A stretch of DNA of 64,000 nucleotides, from positions 20,260,795 to 20,324,794 of the forward strand of contig NC_092670.1 of assembly GCF_964355755.1 (NCBI RefSeq), written 5' to 3'. This DNA is from Antedon mediterranea. Taxonomy: Eukaryota > Animalia > Echinodermata. A program made the position numbers and the translations under genes. Below, one piece after another: positions 1 through 12,000 of this stretch. The stretch's first letter is position 1. Every line of letters begins with the position of its first letter. A model generated the notes under the pieces. That model saw only the letters and a list, made by a program, of their open reading frames with translations. It searched no databases and was not told where the DNA came from.

Positions 1-70
1 GGAATGACTAGAACTGTGTAATCTTCTTCCCTATGGCCTTATAATTGCTAAGTTTATGCTTTATTTGTAG

Positions 71-3000
71 GAAAGAATGTTGCAAAGTACAACAGATTTG
101 ATCTTGCTGTCAATCATGCTTACAGCCATATCTCCAGCTGTCAAAGAAGTGGCACTCAAAAAGGACGCTCCAGTCGGTGAGAACAATTTGTATTATATTC
201 TTATAGAATCTGTTATTGTAAAAATGCGGAGTTGATCCGGAATTGTGTAACTCGAGTCGTACCCGAGACGCAGAAATGTGGAAATATAGGCCGGTGTAAA
301 CAACATAAAAAGTTACCCGGGTCGCTGAACCACCCTAATAAATGATGTGGAATGTATTCAGCATCAATTCAATCTTGTGAAAAGGAAATTTATCCAGACA
401 TGACACAGGTTTTTTATAAGTTTGGTGGTGTAAAAGGGGTATAACAGTTTGTTTACACCTTTCTTATGATTATTATATTTTCAGGTATTATACGAGGCTT
501 TAAGAAAATAGTTTCCACAATCCAGCGTGATGCAGTTTGGTGGCTCCACACAGTTGTACCAAAGATGTATCAGAAGGATATCCAAAGTTTGTTTCTACCT
601 TGGTAAATAAATATAGATAACAAAATAAATATCTACATCTACGTTTCAAATATTCTTATGTTGACACAGGACACTATTTTTTTAATGTGGCCAAGGATTA
701 CCAATAGTAAATTAATCACTGTCCTATCAGATAGGTGCTAATCCCCCTGATACAGGGGCTATTTTGTGAACCAGTTCACCAAGGTAACACCTTACTCTTC
801 TCGAATAATGAACTGGGTTCTTTAAAGTACACACAGGTTATAACTCTGTACACTGGACCTACGGTTTATAGTCCTTATTCGTGAAGACTTGTTCCACCAC
901 CAGAACTAGAAGCGAGTCGGCCTCGAACCCTTGCCGATGTTGTAGGCTTTTTAGGTACGGCAAACGGCGCCCCTGCCTTAACCGCTCGTCCATTTGACTC
1001 GCAATATATTTGTAGATCCATAAAAGCCATACGTGTAGCAAACCATTGTTTTTTTCTTTTAAGTTTGCGTAAAGTTCTTTTAATGGATGGTCTAACTTCA
1101 TTTTGCAAGCTGGACAATTGGCCACAGGCATCTGACCAAACGTAAGTCGTTATCAACATGGAAATTGGTAAAATCATTTGTTTTCTTCGTTTGTGTGCAT
1201 TTTTACTGTACTTATTCTGCCACTCTTGACAATAATGACTGACAACCATAATGTTGTTATTTGTATACCATATACCAAGAAAATTTCAAACCCAAATACC
1301 AAAACATAAATAATGTAAATATGTAACACATGGCTGGAAAATATTCAGTTGTATCAGGGAAGAGTGAAACTACTCACTCAGTGGCGTAACGCAGAGACCT
1401 TCAAGTTCCAACGCTGGAGGTCTCGGGCGTTTTTAGCCTTTTCGGTATATTTTAATGCCTGCACTTTTTCCATGGGCCTCCATAAACTCCGGGCCCCTTA
1501 GTTTAGACAGTGAGCACTCATAGCCGTTACACCACTGTACTCACTGTTCCCTGGTTATATTAATGTTTGTATTCCATTCTATCCAACTCAACCTCATTAA
1601 AATATTTATTTCTAGGCTTTGTAGTGTATTAGATGTGTTGCTTTTTGGTATACCAGTGGAGGAGGATACATTGATTCGTCTTCTGCTAATTGGTTTAAAT
1701 CGCCAGTTACCTGTCCCCCCTCAAGAGGCACTGGAGATAATTGAATTAATGGTTCAGCGAGCGGCTGTTGCAATGATAAAAAACTTTGGTACGTCTACAT
1801 GTTTGTTTCTAGTACTACTGTTACAAGGGAGATTTTTATTGACATAACATTGACCTATGACATAGAAACTAGTTATATTGTGTTATTCTTTGTGTGCATG
1901 TGGGAACATTCGGACGTGCTTCCTTATTTGATTTCTCAACACAGTATTGGTTGATTATATAGTTCAAAATGACAACAAAAATACCTTCTAAGAGGTTTAG
2001 AGTTTCCAGAAAACCAATAGTTTGGAACAGCTGACTATTCAATTTGAAAATGACTATTGTTAATTAACAACATTTCTTATTCATAGACTACAATCCAGTT
2101 CAAGCTGAAAAACAGCAGTTAATTGACTTTGTCTTGGACCTGTGTGCTTTCCATCACCCAGAAAATATAGCTTTACCACAAGGGTAAATATTACTGTTGT
2201 TCTGTCTAATGCAGTGCTTTTATTCGTATTGAAACCCAAACATCAATTTAATAAATGCTTAAATAAATACCACTTTGGCCCCACTTAAGTACTACTGTAT
2301 GGGAAATTTGTAACAAATTGGATCATAAAGGGCTTTATTTTACCCAAGGAACACAATGTAATGGATCAGCCTATACTATAGAGTTCTGTGGTGCTGATGT
2401 CACTACGGTAGGTGGTGCTGAGTGGTTGCTAGCCAACCAAACAATGCGTTCAATGCCTTAGTGACTCCAAGGTCACAAATGGTTTGGAATAGGCTTATTG
2501 AAGTAGTCAGAACTAACATTTTAAAAGATCACTAAATCAAAAAATCAAGCTAAGATGCATAATTTGATAGAAATACAGATCTATACAGTTTATCAACATA
2601 GTAGCATTGAACGCATATTTTGGTTGGCTAGCAACCATGCAGCGCCATCTATCGTTGTGATGTCACACCGCCGAACTCGATACTATATACATGAATGAAT
2701 AATAATATGTGTGAAATATGTGAAAATTACAGTATACAATTCAGACATTTTCCAAGAATTATAGTATAATGGCAGAAAGAACAATGTATTTGTAGTGTAA
2801 ATTTATCAAATCTAGATTAAGGCCTTTTCTACACTATCAAAAATGTGATGTGCCCATATATGGACATGATAATATCATACCACTGCCATATATAGGAATA
2901 TCGCTACCGTATTTGGGCACATCACACTTTTTTTGTCAAACTAGTTTGGTAGTGTAGACAGAGATTTAGACCTACAGATGTAGATATTAATTTCAATAAT

Positions 3001-6000
3001 GTTTGTTTAGGTATCAACCTCCAAGTCTTGCTATTTCTAAGTTGTACTGGAAAGGATGGTTGTTATTGGTTATGCTTGCAGCCTTCAATCCTTCTACAAT
3101 TGGTAAGGAGTTTGATTTTTAACGACTGGTACCACAATCTGTTCCATGGAGGTATCTTATGGTATCTATTGTACACCTGCTTGGTATAACCACAAAAGGA
3201 GTTTAAATTTTGACGAGTGGTACCACAATCTGTACCATAGAGGTATATTATGGTATCTATTGTACACCTGCATGGTATTACCACAAAAGAGCAATGAAGT
3301 AGCAACTAAATATTAGCATGATCAGACAAAGAATGTCTGGAAGAATATTAAATAAATTACATAATACCATAGAGATAATATAAGCCAAAGGCTAGAGGCC
3401 GTACTAGGTGGCAGTGAAGGTGGATTTTTATTGAGAAATTTGCACTTTGAATGCATTGGAGTTGACGATCTAGCCTTCAGCTGTCGTTTCTATGCATAAT
3501 ACAGACCTTGTGTCTCCCTATGGTAAAACAGAGACATTCTGGTGTTTTGGTTGGCTGTCAAAAAATGCAATATGTATTGTCAGCTAGTCACTTATTTGTC
3601 ATCTATAAACAGTGTGGTGGGAAACAAAAGTAGAGTAGAAGTAATAATGATATCATTACTATATATAGCGCTTCACCTGGGTGAAGAGAGGCAACTGTAA
3701 GTAAAATGTCTTGCCTGAATACTGTTGCATGACAATATCAATAGACAACAATGTGTATATAATATAATCACTAACAAATGTTTTTTCCTTCCTTCTTCCT
3801 TTACAAAATATAGGCAGTATTGTGTGGAAGCATTATCCAATGTTGAAATGTCTAATGGAGATGATAATGACAAAGTAAGTGTTGTACCTGATTAAAGTAA
3901 AAGTCTTGCAATTGTATGTGTATGTACAAAAGTTTGAGTAAGAAACTAATTATATATTAAAACTAATCTTGATATTCGTCTCGTGTGTTTACATCCATAT
4001 CTATTAAAAACATCTAAAGTGAGAAATTATATTTGTGTTTAAATTAGTAACTACACGTATCCACCACCAACCAATACTTCAGATGAGAGGACAGTAGACG
4101 ATGCTCACAACCGTGAACTACAGGTAATGTTAGCCCTCAGCTTGTTGAACTATAAATATACTACTGTGGAGGAGTAGCTTTGCGTCAGGGTGTTGAGTAA
4201 TTGGTCAGATATTTGCTCTAATCTGATGTAATTTGTAATTCATACTAAGGACATTGAGAATACTTCCGAAAAAATGTGCACGTACTGTAAATCTCAAGTA
4301 CTGTAATTTTCGGGTTTGGACTCAAGCCAACAATTTCCAGATCACTAGTCTGGCGTTCATACCTCTAGACCACTGAGCTTGCGCTGATGGCTAGGGGTTA
4401 GATTCGAGCCCAAGTAAGCAGTGGGTACTGAACCAACAGGATTGTAACTACTGTATAGTAGTTTTGTGTCATGGTGTTGTGCAATTGGCAACGGCTATGA
4501 GCGCTCACTAGATAACCCTATTATATTATATAATATATATAATACTATATTATTCTGCGGTTTATCATTTAATTGGTTTAGATGTGTAACATGGAGAAAC
4601 AGGAGATTCTAGTGTTTGAGAGCCACCTAGCAGCAGCATCAACACGAACTCAAATCACAGAGGCTAATAGTCTGTTTCTGTCTCAGTTGATGTTTATAAA
4701 TACACGGTAAACAATAATTATAAGCTTTGGTCAGAGGTTTGGGAAACCATTGCATATGCATGCACAAGTCCCCCACCAAAGATGTAATGTACTAATATCT
4801 GAACAAGCATCTGTCAAATATATTTTCTATGTTTCTCGCTTGCTTTGTAGTCATCTCAGTGCCTATCTGAAATACGTAATTTTTCATAACATTGTATTTA
4901 AGTTTAGACAAACTTTTTTTTCAGTGGTCCAGCTAGAAAACCGCCAACTAATATTCTTAAATTACTAAGTCAGTTGAATGTGAAAGTACAGTTAGGCATT
5001 CGTCTTTGCAGAAGTAGAAACCCAGACTTCCTTCTCGAAGTCATTCAACGACAGGTAAAAAGGTTCATTAAGTTTTCATCTACTAAATAATCCTAACTTT
5101 CCAATTTTACTATAGCAACCATTTGTGAATATTTTTCATTTTATTATTTTTTTATGTATTAATAAAACGTCTATCTTATATAGCGCTTAACGCACAAAGC
5201 TTCTAAGCACTTCATATTATTACCCCAGTAATGTTTTGCAACACATATTCGAAACATACTGCCATAATAATGCAGCTGTAATCAACGCAGTTGTGTTTTG
5301 ACCTAATACCAGGTACTCATTTGTACACCTGGTTGGGTGGCAAGAGGAAGCAAAGTATTTTGCTTAAGCAGTGGGCGTAACGACTATGAGCTCTTACTGG
5401 CTCCATAAAATAAAAACATGCATTAAAATACGTAGAAAAGGGCTAAAAACGTATGAGGCCTCCAGCGTTGGAGTGCCACTTAGGGTTCCTAAACCAGGGG
5501 CCCCCAGGCCTCTGCGTTACGCCAGTGCTTAAGGATACAAGCAATGTGACAAACTTTTGATTTAAACTCACGATCAGTAGTCCAACATCCAAAACACTGC
5601 GTCACATGCCCTTGCATTTCTTATTATACTGTTATTACTGTTATATAGTTTATTATTTAGATGAATATACAGGTATATATATATAAATTTGTAGTATTTA
5701 AATGGAAATAACTTTCCTGATTATTTAGGGAACATCACAATCCAAACCCTGGTTAGCTGAACTTGTTAATTCGTCTGAGAGTTCTCTGGATGTTCTTCCT
5801 GTGCAGTCTCTTTGCGAGTTTCTTTTGCATGATTTAGACACCGCAGCAGAAGATCAGTTTGATGTAGAAACAAAAGATGAACAAAAGACACAAGTAATTT
5901 ATTAATAATATTTAAAGCTCTGTCGACACAAACTTTATGTGATTTGCCAATATATGGGCATGATGATGTCATGTCACTGCCAAATTTGGGCATACCATTA

Positions 6001-9000
6001 CCATATTTGGGCACATCATACTTTTTGATAGTGTAGACAAAGCTTTATGAAAAAAAATATTTAATGATAAAAAAAAACTTTTTTCTCAATGTACTTCTAT
6101 GAATGGATGATTAGTTGGGAACATGAACGCTTGTTGATAAACAGTACCATTTTAATCGTGCGATCATTGGGGAAAATGCCTCACCAACTAATGTCTTCCA
6201 CTTTCATTGAATGCAAAGGTTTGGAGGGGTTCCCCTTAAGCCATTTGTCCCCCTATTTAAAAATCTATGATCCAACACTTGGGTAGAAGCCAAGCTTGAG
6301 GTACAACTTTAGGCCATAAAAAGTTATTCTAAAAGTCCAAAAACCAATGCTAATATGTACCTTTACTCTATCCATGCAGCTACTGTACCCTTAGGCTTGG
6401 TTCCCACTAGGACGTAGACACAATGCAAGAGACAGTTTGAATAATCCATCGTTTGTGATTGGTCAAGCCCTGTACATTGCAACACATTGTTGTATTGCGT
6501 CTCTAGTGGAATCCAAGCATTAGCTGTGTTTGAAAACATAAATTATCATCAACTTGTTAAAAAGAACATTATTGTGTTTGCGGCTACCCGTATCTGCATC
6601 TGATTGGGGCTAGCATATACTAAATCAGATTGAATAAAACTAGCCATTAATTATTCTTTTGCATTGTAGAAAATCAATAAACATGAACAGCTATTAAAGC
6701 GTATACAGTTTCTGGTAAGAGGAAGGGACAGTGAGGAACAGACCACTTGTGAAATCTTGGATTACTTTCTACAAAGACTTAGTTCTCAACATCATGCAGC
6801 CAGAGTGCAAGCTGCTAAGGTATACATGGTTTACTGCAGTATGCTTGTATTCTTCTGCAGTAATACATCACTGTTTATTTAGTATTATCAATTTATTTCA
6901 ATGGATGATTAACTTTAAAAATAAATAGTCAAATATGCTAATTATAATTTGAGCATTTTAATGCACTTCAGGCAGTTTCATGCACTTCAGGCAGTTTCAT
7001 GAAGAGTGCCTCAATCTTCAGCTCTGAATGTTACATAAAACCAGATAAAAATACAGATTTTAACAATTGTTACTACTGTACTACTGTAGCTCAAGTATTT
7101 GTAGAATAAATTGTTATTCTTAAGTTCTTCAATGTTGGTTGTTTTTTAATGAATATTAAATTGGTGTTAAAGATGGGAAGGATGTGATTTTTAATGTTTT
7201 TTCTTTGCTAGGCATTGTCAGATGTATTGGCAGGTACAGATGATATCTCACCAGACAAAGAAGAAGAGATTTATTGCGATGAGCTTATCAAATCTCACAA
7301 ATGGCTTTTGCAGGAAATGCCATCAATATTTCACTTTGAGTCTGTTAGAGAAACAGCTTGTCAGTCTCTAATACAAGTTAGTATCAAACTATGGGGTGGA
7401 GGGGGGGGGGGGGTTCCTTATTCCACGAATTGAGACAAGTGCAAGCGTAAGAAACTGAAGAAAACATAGATTTTGGTCTACCTAAGTTGCTGAAAATAAT
7501 TTGCTATAAAGTTAGGCTTATTTACTATCATTTTTCCGTTGGTCTCTAGATTAAAAAGGGCACTTCAGGAAAACGGGGTTCTTTCAAACCCTACAAACCC
7601 CCCCTGGCTAAGTGCTTGATTTGGAGTAAAAATTATTATGTGGATGAAGTGCTTGCAACAAGTATAGAGATATTCCATCTTATTTGCATAAATTGAATTC
7701 AAATTAATGCAATATGCGTTTATGTTGTTCATTTGTTTTACTTTTCTAGGCATGCCAAGTTGAAACGGATCCACAAACTATTTCAGCTTACTTTGTGTTC
7801 TTGTCAAAACGAGCCCCTAGGTATCAGCTCCATTACATGGCTACTCTAGCTTTGGTAAGTTTGTATTAAAAATCTAAACTATAATAGGAACTTTACCAAG
7901 CAAAACTACAAAATGAATTCCCGCACAAGCTTGTATAATATTATACAGATATTCATAACATGGTATATTGTTGTCATGTGATGCCATTTCAACCAATCAT
8001 GTCCTCGTATATACATAGGTAATATAAATTAATGTTAGTACAGTAAATTAATAAAATTTTTTATTTTTCTTTTCAAGGACCTGGCACAGTTAATAGTTGA
8101 ACGACCAACAATAATGCATTGTGTATTATGTCAAGATAGAGAATCAAATGATGTTGCGGACCAGACATTGACAGCCATGCTCCACATATTTAACCAGTAC
8201 CTATTAAGAGCAAGAAAGCATCAGACGATGGAAGCATATTCATGGGTATGTAGTGCAAGAATACAACCATTGGGCTACCATCTGCTGTGTTTATTCTACA
8301 CTATCAAACTTTATATGACAACAGAAATTTGATGTTCCCATATATGGACATGATGATGCCATATCACTATATCGGGAATATTACTACCATATTATTATAT
8401 ATACACTTTTTTGAGAGTGTAGACAGAGCTTAAGAGGCCTAAAGTTCTAATTTTCTGTCATCCGTACACGATATTGACACAAGTTGAACCTGCCACTGCA
8501 ATAATGGCAAACTCTCAACCAATCCCCCAAATTGTCTTTGATATTGACCATTTACATTTATTTCAATTTTAGTCTGACACCCAAGATCAGGTCTTTGTCC
8601 GATGGACAAGAGGTCCAGCGGTAACTATCAATATTCTAGTTGTACATGCTATGGTGATACTACTGACGTATGGCAAGCCAACACGTAAGTTAAACTGACG
8701 CCATTCAATCCACACATTTCTCAACACCCAAAATCCTTGACCTCAACACACTGCTCTATCCTCTTTCTTTGTGTCTAGCAAGCTATTAGTATCAAGGTTA
8801 AGCCTACAAGGAGGGCTACATAGGTGAACTATTTGCACAAGATAACGTTGTAAACTTAGGGCTATTAAAGATGCATTGCCCTCCAAATGAAGAATTAAAA
8901 TTAAAAATCTCCAAAATAATGTATTGACTTATAAAAATACAAAATAAATGGTTACATTCAACCAAAAACCCATTGGCTGGCAGGCAATTTGACTATTTTT

Positions 9001-12000
9001 TGCTTTGAATTACAGTTTTTTCAGGTAAATAATTTTTGTTTAGATCCAATTTTTTGTCAAAGTGAATAACTACTACTACTACTACTACATTAAAAGGGCA
9101 AATTCAACAGGGGGCATTCTTTAAGGTTTATATAGATGATTGGATGATGTATGTCTATCTTTTTAGGTCATGGTACATCAAGCTTTGATGAACTCCTTGA
9201 TGCATGGTTTCCACAGGAAGAGCCTCTTCCATCAGCATTCCTTGTAGACACGTCAGAAGAAGCACTTTTACTTCCAGACTGGTTGAAGCTTAGGATGATT
9301 CGATCTACCGTGCCAAGACTTGTTGATGCAGGTATAAATATTTCTTTTGTAGTTTCTGCAGTAATTCAGCAGGTAGTTGCTATGTATACCTTATTCATGT
9401 CATTTCAAACAATCATAAACAAGTCAATGACTACCAAATATCTTTAGAAAACTGTTGTTTTAGAAGAGGAGAAAGTTCAGGCTATTGAAGAATATATGAA
9501 GGAGCATGCATTTTATTTAATACCTTTGGAATCTTTAATTCATTTATTAAATTACTGTAGTTTGTTTGATGATGCCTTTTAGAAATGTCTGCATATTACT
9601 ATGTTCTAATTTACTTTCTTAGCATTGCAAGATTTAGAGCCTTCTCAGCTAATACTGTTTATACAATCATTTGGAATTCCAGTTGACAGTATGGGGTATG
9701 TACTTAATATTATTATGTGTGTACAGTTGGAGTATCAAAGGTCTTGTAAAAGATAAGATAGAAAACTTACCTCAATCCCAATTCACATACAACCTTTTAT
9801 AAAAAAAAAAGAGTCTTCTTGAATAAAATGGATAAGACAAACATATGGAACAACATGCACATTTCCTATCTTTTCGAAGATCTTTTAAAGCTTGTATGTG
9901 TGGGATATTCAATACAATTACATCAGAGTAGGGAAAAACATCTGAAACTTTGCTTCCTGACTCAAAGCTACTAATTAAGAATTATCAAATTTGTTTAAAA
10001 TATTTATAATTTCATTAATATTGATTAAGAAATGTTTTATTCTGAGGATTGTATTTCAGTTCACTAATTAATAAATTGATTTTAGGAAATTGATGAACCA
10101 TTTGGATATTGCCGTTCGTAATGATATCTCATCGATGGAACAGGCTGTTGTAGATAAGTCCTACATGGCACAGTTAGTTGAAGTACAACACATGAGAGGT
10201 GCTAGTGGTGGTCATGATTTCCTGAAACTGTTAGGATGTAGCCAACCAGAGGTTACCAAAGATGGTAAGTAATTAGATAAAGTTTAAGTGAGGAATAATC
10301 AATGTTAGTAGTCTAATACCCTTTTCACATCTGCAAAATATAACAACTTATAACAAGTTGTAACCAGGTTTGCATAATGTGAATACAATTTTGTAGGGCT
10401 CCCTAGTGAAATCTCAGAAGAAAAACACACCAACAGGAGGCCTGTGTTTTTGTTCCAAGTTGCGCGCTTGTTTATTGCCTTGGTATTAACTGACCAATCA
10501 TAGTAATCAAATGGCGCGAAACAAGTTGTAACAATTTATGCAAATGTGAAAAGAGTATTAGTTGCCATACAGCATTGGCAGATTCAGAGAAAGGCCAAGC
10601 CAGCTTTACACACTCTCTTTGAAAAAAAAAAGACCACATTTTTTTAGAGGATTCCAAATCTCCTGTTCGGAGCATGTTCGTTGAGAGAGACAGATTTGTA
10701 ATAGTTTAATAGTTTGTAAATTTGATCTTTAATGCATCAAAAATTATTTTCCAATCCTCATTTTGTTTGCTCTGTATCCATTCTAATTTGTATATATTAC
10801 TAATTTGAAGATGAGGAGATGGAATGTGTAGAACCTACCACAGTAGTCCAGAAGGTGACCTTGAAAGAAGTCCAGTACAGAGATGTTAATGAGTGGAAGC
10901 TTGTTCTAACACAGGTATACTATATTTTTATTAGTAATGTTAAACATATCTTCGTAATATCATGTTGTGAAACTGGAATGATGCTGACTATTTTTAGTTA
11001 CTGTATGTAAGTGCTTTTGGTTCTGTTCAGCTTCATATCCTCTAACAGAATTAGCTTCACTTCCAGATTGATAGAAGCCTACCTTAAGGCTACACACATC
11101 CACAGGGACATTCAGGGAAGATAATATGTTTAGCTGATATTGACATTGTTTATTTATGTTTAGGTGTTCAAGGCAGTTGACAACAAGCAAGCACTCTCCT
11201 TATTACACGATATTCAAAGAGTAAGTTTCTTGCCTAATTAATTTACTCCAAAGTAATATTTCTATCATTTCAATAATATCTTGAGTAGTGAAAGCTTTAA
11301 AGCCAATCTTTTAACAGAATACTACTGTTTCTGCAAATCTAGGTCAAAAAATCATCATTTCTTTCTATTGTAACTGATGAATATTACTTCTTTGTACATT
11401 TAGATGTCGTATAAGGCAATACAAAAGCAAGCTGATGACTATGCCTGTATCATGAGTCTGGTTCAAGCCTTTCATCAACTAGTAACAGAAGATCAAGTAT
11501 TCCTAGGCAATTTCAGAAACCGTCACAGCATATCATCTTGTTTTATCAATATCTTAACAACCTTTCAGGTAAAGTTGAAGTAGTGAAGTTGTACTGAATC
11601 ATGTAATAATTCATCTTATGGAGTCGCCCTGCACCTGTAGGTACTATACCTTGTGAGACTACACTTTTAGGTACTGTACCTTGTGAGACCACACTTTTAG
11701 GTACTGTACCTTGTGAGACTACACTTTTAGGTACTGTACCTTGTGAGACCACACTTTTAGGTACTGTACCTTGTGAGACTACACTTTTAGGTACTGTACC
11801 TTGTGAGACCACACCTTTAGGTACTGTACCTTGTGAGACTACACTTTTAGGTACTGTACCTTGTGAGACCACACTTTTAGGTACTATACCTTGTGAGACT
11901 ACACCTTTAGGTACTGTACCTTGTGAGACCACACTTTTAGGTACTGTACCTTGTGAGACTACACTTTTAGGTACTGTACCTTGTGAGACCACACCTTTAG

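Noticed and set aside
900-1002. tRNA gene on the minus strand (also the candidate at 4311-4383)
   Set aside because: A and B boxes are present but no proper cloverleaf forms. The 900-1002 copy continues into a SINE core and tail.
859-1249. Minus-strand ORFs 859-1131 and 875-1249, and other short ORFs antisense to exons (5766-6014, 19109-19357, 22190-22465, 25189-25434, 38494-38892)
   Set aside because: They are shadows of real exons on the opposite strand or of repeats, with no independent protein features.
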